The notes under the pieces were generated by a model, which did not search any database, was not told the origin of the DNA, and saw only the letters and a program-made list of their open reading frames with translations. This document shows, in pieces, positions 37,464 through 46,379 of a stretch of 64,000 nt of DNA; the stretch's first letter is position 1; each line of letters opens with the position of its first letter. The position numbers and the translations under genes are program-made. The stretch lies in the IMG/VR virus record IMGVR_UViG_2974511964_000001, positions 1-64,000 of that record; one strand, 5' to 3'. This DNA comes from a virus (Duplodnaviria > Caudoviricetes).

Positions 37464-40400
37464 ATGCCAAAGTATGATGACAGTCAAAGCCCTTATAATA
37501 ATGGGTTTGACGCAAACAAAAGATTTTCAAAAGTATTGTTTCATCCGGGTCGTCCTGCGTTTTCACAGGAAATTCTCGAAATGGAATCAATGCAAAACTA
37601 TAACACAACCATGCTAGGTGACACCCTTTTCCAAGAAGGCGCAATCATATCTGGTATGAACGTTATTCCAAAGACATTTACAAATAATGGTGGAACAACT
37701 GTTAAGTACCCAAACAACTTCTCTGTAAAAACGGCCACAGCTATTAACAGTGCTCTGACAACAACAACTTATACCAGTGATGGCGTTATTGGTGTTAACT
37801 CTGTAGGTGCTGTTAAGACGGATTACCCCGGTATGTCGTTTGAAACTATGATTACAAAGGGTTTATATTCCACTCTTCACTTTAAGATAACAAAAACAAG
37901 TGGTACTCTTAGCAAGATTAGCTTTGACTATGATACTACAAAGATGACGCCCATATCATATAACATTGATAATAAAGCAGTAGCTACTGCTCTTAATGAC
38001 ATGACAGGTACTCCATTAGTTGATGCTAGTGGTAACCCAATTGCGCTTGACACAAACACGGACCATGATGTTGTTATTGTATTTCAAACTCTGGATTCTG
38101 CAAATACAAGCTTAAGCTTGATGCTTAATTCTGGGTACAATGCATTAACCACAGGTGTAAATGTTAATATTACAAACCTTATGTCAGAAGATGGCAAGGT
38201 TGCTCATGATTGGTCAATTAACTCTAATGATGGTAATGCTACCAGTTCAATTAACCGTACTAAGGTATATGGTATTTCTAGTGGGCGTATCTGGTTAGAG
38301 GGTGCTGTTAGGAGTTTTGATGGCGATGAAATATCAATTAAAGGTATTGGAACTGAAACAATTGGTGCAGTTCTAAATGAAACTGTTGTTACTTCTACTG
38401 ATGACTCAGATTTGCTTGACCATACTTCTGGTTCAGACACCTATGGTCTTGCCGGAGCCGATAGGACTAAGTATCAAGTAACCTTGACCTACAACGACCC
38501 AACGGCTACACCGATATTTGTATTTGTTGACAACCACCTTAACTCGAATGAGTTAAAACCAGACTATGGTTCATTAGGTCAAATACTTGCAAAGCGTATG
38601 TATGACCAGTCAGGTAGTTTCCGTGTTTCTGGGTTTGATGTATCTGTCAAAGATTATAGCCTAGACTCAAGTAAATTACAATTGGTTGTTGATGCTGGAC
38701 AAGCATATGTTCGTGGTTACTCAATTAATACCACTGAAAACACTAACCTTTTGATTGACAAGGCTGAACAAACTGAGGAAACCCCTAATGAGCAGTACAT
38801 TTATAATGCCGAAAACGGTGTTTATACTTTTGTTCAACAGCCTGTACAAACTGTTGCTAGTGTAACTGCTTCTGTTCAAGGTTCAAATGCCAGTGTTCCT
38901 CGCAGTTCTACTAGCATTACTGACCAATTTTCAACAGAGGCTGTGTATAGGATTGAGTCTGTTACACAGGGTTCAACAGCATATATTGAAGGTACTGACT
39001 TTGTTCGTATCAGTACAAACTCTATACGCTGGGGTCAAGATGCTAACGGTAATGTTTTAACTGGGGCTAAGATACCTAAGGCTGGTTCAACTTACCGAGT
39101 TGTATATGATTATACAAAAGTATTAACAGAAGACAAAGATTACAAGGTTATTGTTAATGGTGGTACAACTAAGCTTGATATTGCTAACCAGAATGGCCTT
39201 AAGCCTATTGCGGGTTCAATTGTCAATGTAGACTACGTATACTTCTTAGCTCGTATTGACATGATTCTAATCACTTCTGATATTAATAACCCATTTAAGA
39301 TTATAAAAGGTACACCGATGACGTTCTCAACGGTAACTCCACCGATTGTTAATGACCCTTATACTCTTGAATTGGGTTATGTACTAGTATACCCAGGAAC
39401 TGGAGAAAACTTAGCAAATAAAGCGTTGTTCACAATGCAAACAGTTACTAATATTCCATTCTCAGGTCTTCAAAAGTGGAGCACAAGACTAGATAACTTG
39501 GAATACAACTTGGCTGTACAGCAACTATCTGCTAAAGCAAAAGAGGACGAAGACCCAACAACTGTAAAGGACGCTTTCTCAGACAGTTTCAACAGTGTAA
39601 ACACTGCTGATACTTTTCATGATGGTTTTGCCGTTGACTATGCACCTGAGGAAGGCGAACTAAGAATGCCTACTCAGTATACGTATACTGCCATTCCAAC
39701 GGTAGCTGAGGATTACAGCACAAGTGCTAGAATTTGGCATACTTCTGATATTTCGTCTCAGGCGCTCGCAACTTCTGGGCTATCTAGTTCCAGTGGTGTG
39801 ATTGACCAACAGCAACTTTTATCAACAGGTATTATAAATGTTAATGAGTATCAAGTTTTCAATGTTAATGGGGTACTTAAGTTAATACCCGATACAGATA
39901 ACTGGATTGATACAACTAGCACAACTGTGATAGATACTAGTTCTAGAGTTAAGAAATTACGGCTTAATCAGTTCTGGAAGAGTGACCCAAAGAATTACAG
40001 CCGTTATTACAAAGGGGATACTCTTAATTATTTCAACAAGATAACTTTAGATAATGGTCAAAAGTGGACTACGACAAGGACTAATTCAACCTATTCTGGA
40101 TATATTATTTCAAGCGGTGGTACCAAAACTGTTAGTTCTGCTATTGAATATATGAGACAGCGTAAGGTTCAGTTTGTTGCTAGGAACTTTGAACCATATA
40201 CTGATAATGTTCAAGCAACCATTACTTCAATACCAGTTGAACAAGTTGGTTGGGGCCCAGATATGAACGTTGATGGCGGTGGTGGCCCATACAGGGGTTC
40301 AGCCCATAACTCATGGAAGGCTGATAGTAACGGAATGATTTATGGTAGCTTTATGATTCCTGCTGGCTTAAAGTGTGGTACTAGAACAGTTAGTCTGTTT

Positions 40401-41729
40401 AACTCAACTAACCAAGCAACAGCAACCTATACTGCACATGGTACGTTAAAGAACGTTGAGAATATCATCAATAAACAAAGGTATGCCGTTACTCTGTATG
40501 ACCCATTGGCTCAAAGTTTCACCTTTACAGAAAACAGACATCTACAAGGTGTTGACTTATTCTTCCAGAGTAAAGCTACAACCAATATATCTGGTCATAC
40601 CTCAGATGTTGTTATCCAAGTTCGTGAATTGAGTGATGATGGTTATCCAAATAAGACAATCAGGGCTGAAATAGATTTGTCACCTAGTCAAGTTAACACT
40701 AGCAAAGATGGTTCGGTAGCAACTCATATTGATTTTGAACGTCCTATCCAGTTAACTGGTACAAATGGATACTGTATAATCATTATTACCGATAGCAACC
40801 AGTATAATGTTTTTAAGGCTACTCGTGGAGAACGACGTCTTGATAACAATAATGTCATGCAATCACGTCCTAGTGACAACGGTAACTTATTTACTAGTTC
40901 TAACGCCCAAACTTGGGTTGCAGACCCTAATTCATCATTGAAGTACAAGCTTTATACCACTAGGTATAATACCCGTTCTACAATTACGTGGAATCCTGTT
41001 TCACTTAATTCTGTATACTTTGATAATTCTAATAGGGTTCCTGTATCTACTATGGATAGGTTCACAGTATTGACATCTTATTTAACTCCAGACTCAACAG
41101 CTATTAACTTCTACTACAGGTTATTACCGGACTCATCAGCTTCTAATGCTAATATCTCTAATATTCCTTGGAACCCACTAGTAGTTGTTAATGATAATAC
41201 TTCTTCTTCGACCAACAGTACCGGCAAAAATGCTGATGATATCACTGGTGAATACGCAATGTCATCTAATACTCGTCAAATTCAGATAAAGGCTGATATT
41301 GTGTCAACTTCTACCAATTCTCCATTGCTAGAATTGGACGATTTAACAATTGCATTCATGAAAGCAAACACAGTGGGTAACTACTATAGTGTTAACGTTG
41401 ATGAATCTGGCAGTGCTGAGTTTAACACAGTTAAGATGCAGTATGATGCATATATTCCTACGGGTACCTCTGTAACACCAACGTATAGTGTTGATGGTGG
41501 TAACACTTGGTATACACTAACAAGTACAGGTACAGGAACTGCCACGCCTGAATCTTCTGAGCAGATTAGCCCATTGTTCAAGCGGTATATCTATAATGGC
41601 AAAGTTCCTACTGCTACAGATATAAACCACTTGGCAAATCAAATTATGTTTAATCTTAACATGAAGACTAATAGCAACTTTATTAAGCCTCGTGTACGTA
41701 AGTTGATGACGACAATGAGTAACAAATAA
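37464..41729 (+). CDS. Large adsorption-associated tail protein (DUF4815-like)
   Basis: SPYNNGFD..VLFHPGR, GADR, RMYDQSGSF, GQAYVRGY, DPLAQSF motifs. Confidence 0.88.
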   Translation: MPKYDDSQSPYNNGFDANKRFSKVLFHPGRPAFSQEILEMESMQNYNTTMLGDTLFQEGAIISGMNVIPKTFTNNGGTTVKYPNNFSVKTATAINSALTTTTYTSDGVIGVNSVGAVKTDYPGMSFETMITKGLYSTLHFKITKTSGTLSKISFDYDTTKMTPISYNIDNKAVATALNDMTGTPLVDASGNPIALDTNTDHDVVIVFQTLDSANTSLSLMLNSGYNALTTGVNVNITNLMSEDGKVAHDWSINSNDGNATSSINRTKVYGISSGRIWLEGAVRSFDGDEISIKGIGTETIGAVLNETVVTSTDDSDLLDHTSGSDTYGLAGADRTKYQVTLTYNDPTATPIFVFVDNHLNSNELKPDYGSLGQILAKRMYDQSGSFRVSGFDVSVKDYSLDSSKLQLVVDAGQAYVRGYSINTTENTNLLIDKAEQTEETPNEQYIYNAENGVYTFVQQPVQTVASVTASVQGSNASVPRSSTSITDQFSTEAVYRIESVTQGSTAYIEGTDFVRISTNSIRWGQDANGNVLTGAKIPKAGSTYRVVYDYTKVLTEDKDYKVIVNGGTTKLDIANQNGLKPIAGSIVNVDYVYFLARIDMILITSDINNPFKIIKGTPMTFSTVTPPIVNDPYTLELGYVLVYPGTGENLANKALFTMQTVTNIPFSGLQKWSTRLDNLEYNLAVQQLSAKAKEDEDPTTVKDAFSDSFNSVNTADTFHDGFAVDYAPEEGELRMPTQYTYTAIPTVAEDYSTSARIWHTSDISSQALATSGLSSSSGVIDQQQLLSTGIINVNEYQVFNVNGVLKLIPDTDNWIDTTSTTVIDTSSRVKKLRLNQFWKSDPKNYSRYYKGDTLNYFNKITLDNGQKWTTTRTNSTYSGYIISSGGTKTVSSAIEYMRQRKVQFVARNFEPYTDNVQATITSIPVEQVGWGPDMNVDGGGGPYRGSAHNSWKADSNGMIYGSFMIPAGLKCGTRTVSLFNSTNQATATYTAHGTLKNVENIINKQRYAVTLYDPLAQSFTFTENRHLQGVDLFFQSKATTNISGHTSDVVIQVRELSDDGYPNKTIRAEIDLSPSQVNTSKDGSVATHIDFERPIQLTGTNGYCIIIITDSNQYNVFKATRGERRLDNNNVMQSRPSDNGNLFTSSNAQTWVADPNSSLKYKLYTTRYNTRSTITWNPVSLNSVYFDNSNRVPVSTMDRFTVLTSYLTPDSTAINFYYRLLPDSSASNANISNIPWNPLVVVNDNTSSSTNSTGKNADDITGEYAMSSNTRQIQIKADIVSTSTNSPLLELDDLTIAFMKANTVGNYYSVNVDESGSAEFNTVKMQYDAYIPTGTSVTPTYSVDGGNTWYTLTSTGTGTATPESSEQISPLFKRYIYNGKVPTATDINHLANQIMFNLNMKTNSNFIKPRVRKLMTTMSNK

Positions 41730-41817
41730 CAAATATATTGGGGAGATTTCATTCTCCTCTTTATATTACATATATGAGAGGGAAACCTCTAAATAAAATA
41801 CAAAGGAGTATTAATAT

Positions 41818-42258
41818 ATGGAATTTCTAAAGAAAGAATTATCTTCAATTAAGGCAGGATTCAAGGAAAATATCCACAAGAAACAATATTGGGTATATGC
41901 TTTGTCTATCTTAATACCGATAATTGTTGCTGTTTATAGTGAATTAGGCCGTTCAGTTGACACTAACACTTTAGTTGTATTAGGTAATATATTACTTGGT
42001 ATTTTGGGTATTAGTGGATTATTCTCCGCAAGTAGTAGTGTCCCAGATGAAAAACTAAATCCAGAAGAAATTGCTTCTAAAGCCAAAGAATTAACTGATG
42101 CTTTAGAACCATTGACAAGCGCTTTAAAAGATGCCGGTACAACAGTATCAACAACCACTGCTAGTCTACAAAAGACAAAAGCAATCGTTGATTCAATTGA
42201 TACTACTGATTCTAAGGCAACCATGGATGTATCAGAAAATAAGGAGGCTGGCAAGTAA
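41818..42258 (+). CDS. Putative holin
   Basis: Two transmembrane segments; stop overlaps the endolysin start; TTATATTA at 41761-41768. Confidence 0.7.
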   Translation: MEFLKKELSSIKAGFKENIHKKQYWVYALSILIPIIVAVYSELGRSVDTNTLVVLGNILLGILGISGLFSASSSVPDEKLNPEEIASKAKELTDALEPLTSALKDAGTTVSTTTASLQKTKAIVDSIDTTDSKATMDVSENKEAGK

Positions 42259-43658
42259 TGAAATTTAGCCTTAAGAAGGCCATAGCGGGCGTTTCGGTGT
42301 TATTTGGTGTATTAACCCTAGGAGTGTCTGTAAAGCCAACACAGGCTTCTGCTGTTTCTACTAGTAAGGGTGCTGTCGTTAAACCAGTTATAGATATTTC
42401 AGAATGGCAAGGCTCAGTTTCCCTAGCACAAGCCAAATCTATGAAATATGAAAACTCTTTCGTGATAGTTAGAGTTCAATATGGCTCAAACTATCAGGAC
42501 GTTCAGTACAAGAATACAATATCTAACTTAGAAAAGGCTGGCACGCCATATGGTGTCTATTCATATTCTAGATATGTAAACGCTAGCGATGCAAAGCAAG
42601 AAGCTAAAGACTTACACAACCGAGCAAAGAATGCAAAATTCTATGCTAATGATGCCGAAGAGCTCACTACTACTAGTGGAACTTATTCTAGTGCTGTAAC
42701 AGCTTGGGGTAAGGAAATGCAGAGCCTAACAAATAAACCTGTTATCCTTTATTCAGGTAGCTGGTTCTATTCAAGATATATTGGAACTATGTCATATTAT
42801 GATGCTTTCTGGGAAGCTAACTACAACAACACGTACTATGGAGACACATCATTATGGCAGTATACCGATTCAGGATATTCATCTGCTCTTAAACGAGGAG
42901 TTGATACTAGTAAGGTAATCACCTCTAAGCATCCAGTTAGTTGGTGGATTGGCTCTAGCGCTGCTGGCAAACAACAAGTAAATAAGTATAACGTTGGTGG
43001 CTATAAAGTAGGAGATAAAGTTAAGATTAATTCTGGTGTTGCTAAATGGGATGATGGTGCTACTACCACTCCAATTAACAAATCAGTTTTGAGTAAGACT
43101 TACACTGTATCTCAAATTAAGACGGTTACTAAAGGTAAATCAAACCAATTGGTATTATTGAGTAGTAACGGAAAGACAGTTGGCTGGGTATTAGCTGAAC
43201 ATATTTCTAAGCAAGGCTCAACTGCTAAGCCAAATACCTCTACAAGCTCATATAAGGCTTCTAGCCAGACGTATAACCAGAATGGCACCTTCTACCCTAA
43301 TACAACTTTAAACGTTCGTACAGGAGCAGGAACGGGCTATTCTAAGGTAGCTACTTATTTCAGTGGTGAAAGTGTTCAGTATAACCAAGTAATTATTAAG
43401 TCTGATTATGTTTGGGCTAGATATTTACGTTCTAATGGATATTATGGATATATTGCTTTAGGTGTAAATGGCGGTGAAAGCTATGGTAAGCGAGTAGTTA
43501 ACACAGCACCTTCTAAAGTTTACTACACTGTAAAATCCGGTGATAGCTTCTGGAAGATTGCAAATGACCACGGAACAACTATTAGTAATTTAACTAGTTT
43601 AAATGGCCTGTCTATGTACAGCACGATTTATCCGGGACAATCATTAAGAATCAAATAG
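42258..43658 (+). CDS. Endolysin: signal peptide + GH25 muramidase + SH3-like domains + LysM
   Basis: MKFSLKK-hydrophobic-ASA signal; DISEWQG, DAEE, LWQYTD; LNVRTGAG (SH3); YTVKSGDSFWKIA (LysM). Confidence 0.92.
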   Translation: MKFSLKKAIAGVSVLFGVLTLGVSVKPTQASAVSTSKGAVVKPVIDISEWQGSVSLAQAKSMKYENSFVIVRVQYGSNYQDVQYKNTISNLEKAGTPYGVYSYSRYVNASDAKQEAKDLHNRAKNAKFYANDAEELTTTSGTYSSAVTAWGKEMQSLTNKPVILYSGSWFYSRYIGTMSYYDAFWEANYNNTYYGDTSLWQYTDSGYSSALKRGVDTSKVITSKHPVSWWIGSSAAGKQQVNKYNVGGYKVGDKVKINSGVAKWDDGATTTPINKSVLSKTYTVSQIKTVTKGKSNQLVLLSSNGKTVGWVLAEHISKQGSTAKPNTSTSSYKASSQTYNQNGTFYPNTTLNVRTGAGTGYSKVATYFSGESVQYNQVIIKSDYVWARYLRSNGYYGYIALGVNGGESYGKRVVNTAPSKVYYTVKSGDSFWKIANDHGTTISNLTSLNGLSMYSTIYPGQSLRIK

Positions 43659-43661
43659 CAT

Positions 43662-43698
43662 AAAAAAAGACCTTACAGAATTAACTGTAGGGTCTTTT
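43662..43698. terminator. Bidirectional terminator between the lysin and the convergent NAD operon
   Basis: AAAAAAAGACCTTACAG/CTGTAGGGTCTTTT. Confidence 0.85.
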
Positions 43699-43711
43699 AG
43701 TTTGTACTAGA

Positions 43712-44248
43712 TTACTTATTACTAATATTTCTAAACTCTTTAATTGCTAGGTTAGCAGCCGCCGAGTGTACTTGGTTCTCAGCAGAATTTAGTGACACCC
43801 ACTTCCAGTCTCCGATGTATTCATCATCATCAAAGTCTGTACTTACCATCTTGTAGTTATCACTAGTTAGTCTAACGATGAAAACATGAGAACGTTCATC
43901 TGTGAAACCCTCTGATAGAGTATAAATTCCAACTCGTTTAAACGCTTTAGGGTCAACTAGCAATCCTGTTTCCTCTTGCAATTCTCTACGAGCGGTAACA
44001 TAGGGGTCTTCATCTTTCTTAATCAACCCTGCTGGAAAGCCAGCAACCGTTTTGTAAAGTGGGCTACGGTATTCATATTCAATTAATACTTTGTTATCTT
44101 TATTAACGACTAGCATTGTGATTGAATCCGACTTTTTAATTATTTCTCGATTAGCTACAACGCCGTTGGCTAACTTAATAGACAAACGATATAAATCAAA
44201 TATAGCACCTTTAAACAGCTTCTCAGAGCTAATTACTTTTGGATTCAT
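43712..44248 (-). CDS. Nudix hydrolase, ADP-ribose pyrophosphatase (NudF-like)
   Basis: Nudix box GLIKKDEDPYVTARRELQEETG; ADPRase-type N-terminus, SEGFTDE and DDDEYI. Confidence 0.88.
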   Translation of the reverse strand: MNPKVISSEKLFKGAIFDLYRLSIKLANGVVANREIIKKSDSITMLVVNKDNKVLIEYEYRSPLYKTVAGFPAGLIKKDEDPYVTARRELQEETGLLVDPKAFKRVGIYTLSEGFTDERSHVFIVRLTSDNYKMVSTDFDDDEYIGDWKWVSLNSAENQVHSAAANLAIKEFRNISNK

Positions 44249-44250
44249 AA

Positions 44251-45357
44251 TTACTTACCTCCATTTTTAATTAGCTCTAAGGCTCTCTCATAGCGTGCTA
44301 GGAACCCTTGTGGGTCAGAGCTGTCACCCTTATCGTCTAAAATAACTACTTTGTCAGAAAACCCCTGATTTGAAATCTCTTCCATTAGGTTGTCGTGAAA
44401 GGCATCCCTAGTGCTTTCCCAATCCATATTTCTAAACCCATCATCAACATATTTAGTTACAGGTGGGATAACGATAATTAAATCCCACTCTTCTTTTTTA
44501 ACCGTATTGGCATAAATCTGAGTAAGGTTTTCATAATCCTCTTTAGGAAGATACATCTTAGCATAGACATTAGTAACCATAGCATCAGTGTCACAAATTA
44601 CAATTCCTTGATTAGCTGGGCTATGCATTTCAGCTTTGTTAGCATCATACTGTCCTTGAAAGAAGTGTGAGTAATCATCAACAGTTAGTTCATCATCAGT
44701 TAGATTATACTTTTCTTCATAGTAACGGGCATACTCGGTACTAAATGGAGCATTAACTGAACGAGCTACGTGTTTAATAAGTGTTGATTTACCAACAGAT
44801 GCTGAGCCAACAACCAATACCTTATAGGTAAAGTGACGCCGGAAAACACGATTGATATAGTTCCAATATTTATGTGGGTCATTGCGAATCATTGTTGCTG
44901 ATATTGGGATTACTTTTCTGTCTTCTAGTTTAGTATGCCATTCAGGTAACAGCTCATGGAATTTGTCATCATATTCTTGTTCGCCTGTGTATACTGTGAT
45001 TTCAGCATCCTTATTTGTAGTTGCTTTATCCACAATTTCTTCGAGTTTTAACAACCAAGGCTTCCAACCGTCAGGATAGCGTGGAATATTATCTTCGTTA
45101 AGCATAGCTACCACAATGTTAGGCTCATCAGCAAAGGCTTCTCTTAAATATCTAAACCGTTTATAAAGTGGTAGTCCGATTTTATCTCCTCGGTCACCTT
45201 TATAGCCGCTTACGACTAGTACAACACCATCGTTAACAGCTAGCGCTCTGTATAAATCTTGTTGATGACCCGAGTGGAATGGTGACCAAGTCCCAAAATA
45301 TACACCAATTTTATTACCTGAAAGTTTATTCTTTGTAATCAATTCTAAATTATTCAT
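44251..45357 (-). CDS. nadR: Bifunctional NMN adenylyltransferase / nicotinamide riboside kinase (no HTH)
   Basis: FGTWSPFHSGH (HxGH), ISATMIR, Walker A GSASVGKS, EYAR, CDTD, YVDDGFR; ATG 45357 after GGGGT, coupled to the pnuC stop. Confidence 0.93.
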   Translation of the reverse strand: MNNLELITKNKLSGNKIGVYFGTWSPFHSGHQQDLYRALAVNDGVVLVVSGYKGDRGDKIGLPLYKRFRYLREAFADEPNIVVAMLNEDNIPRYPDGWKPWLLKLEEIVDKATTNKDAEITVYTGEQEYDDKFHELLPEWHTKLEDRKVIPISATMIRNDPHKYWNYINRVFRRHFTYKVLVVGSASVGKSTLIKHVARSVNAPFSTEYARYYEEKYNLTDDELTVDDYSHFFQGQYDANKAEMHSPANQGIVICDTDAMVTNVYAKMYLPKEDYENLTQIYANTVKKEEWDLIIVIPPVTKYVDDGFRNMDWESTRDAFHDNLMEEISNQGFSDKVVILDDKGDSSDPQGFLARYERALELIKNGGK

Positions 45358-46120
45358 TATTAGATACCCCACTATTGTTTTCCTTTGTGTACCAAACGTA
45401 AGCTCCATAAATTGCATTAATCGTCATAATTATTTGTAGAATAAACATGCTTAATGCAGAAGCTCCACCACTAGTTAACTGAACATACCAAATGTAAATA
45501 TTTAACAAATCTAGTCCAATCCATACGACCCATTGTGAACGGTACCCATATGTCATTAGAATTTGACCAATAATACCAAGTGGCAATACAGCACTATCTC
45601 TTAGAACTTGATTACCATTAAATTTGAATCCAATATAAACATTTACGGCGTAAAGTGCTAGTAATCCTATTACAGTTAACGTAGCTAATAGTGGGGTAAT
45701 CTTTTTACTGATAACACTATCATCATTTGAGCTATTTAACGTTTTATACCAAACGTAGATACCAACGAACTGCATGATAGTATAAAATATTTGAGAAGAA
45801 ATATCCCCAATTAAACGGTTATGCAAAGAAGCAATTAGCCATGATAGGCTACCAATTGTTCCCCACATGAAATTGGTTAGCTTGCCCTTATCTACTAGTA
45901 TTAAACTCATAGCAGTAGCTACACTAGTAATTACTCCAGCATAACCTGAAAAAGAGAAGTCACCTTGAAACATGAAAGCAACAATTGAAGCACCAACCAT
46001 AAGGAACATTAGTAAATACTCCTTATAATTAAACTCTGTTAATTCCTTGATATTACGCTTAATTGAAAACGTATCTTTAATGCCAGTACCTAATAATTTA
46101 TAATCTATATTTTTAGTCAT
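45350..46120 (-). CDS. pnuC: Nicotinamide riboside transporter
   Basis: About seven TM helices; KGKLTNF, GQILM..YRSQWVVWIGLD, NAIYGAYVW; adjacent to nadR. Confidence 0.92.
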   Translation of the reverse strand: MTKNIDYKLLGTGIKDTFSIKRNIKELTEFNYKEYLLMFLMVGASIVAFMFQGDFSFSGYAGVITSVATAMSLILVDKGKLTNFMWGTIGSLSWLIASLHNRLIGDISSQIFYTIMQFVGIYVWYKTLNSSNDDSVISKKITPLLATLTVIGLLALYAVNVYIGFKFNGNQVLRDSAVLPLGIIGQILMTYGYRSQWVVWIGLDLLNIYIWYVQLTSGGASALSMFILQIIMTINAIYGAYVWYTKENNSGVSNNE

Positions 46121-46127
46121 AATTTTA

Positions 46128-46171
46128 TCTCCTATTGTTTTTACTGTGCCGTGGGCGGAAAGAAACGCACA
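46128..46171 (-). promoter_or_regulatory. Compact NAD+-II (pnuC-motif)-like riboswitch
   Basis: UGUGC-GUUUCUUUCCGCC-CACG-GCACA-GUAAAAACAAU-AGGAGA: P1 UGUGC/GCACA, CACG element, A-rich AAAAACAA linker, and loop UUUCC able to pair with the pnuC RBS GGAGA (H-type pseudoknot). Matches my recollection of the class consensus and its pnuC context. Confidence 0.75.
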
Positions 46172-46223
46172 TTTTTATTTAATTTTATTTTCCGTCTATA
46201 TGATATTTAATACTAATCATATC

Positions 46224-46253
46224 TTATGGCGGAGGTCTAAGAGTTATATCCAT
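46224..46253 (-). CDS. Leader peptide uORF MDITLRPPP
   Basis: AAGGGAG RBS (46265-46271) just after the promoter; ATG GAT ATA ACT CTT AGA CCT CCG CCA TAA. Confidence 0.6.
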   Translation of the reverse strand: MDITLRPPP

Positions 46254-46281
46254 ATAGTCTAATTCTCCCTTCTATATAAAA

Positions 46282-46310
46282 AGTATAGCACTAAATATAT
46301 CATTTGTCAA
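46282..46310 (-). promoter_or_regulatory. Sigma-A promoter of the NAD salvage operon
   Basis: TTGACA-17 nt-TATACT with a TG extended -10. Confidence 0.85.
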
Positions 46311-46379
46311 TATAATTATTACTAATATTTATAAATGTATGTTTATTCATATAACTATACTTTATTCATTCTATCAAGT

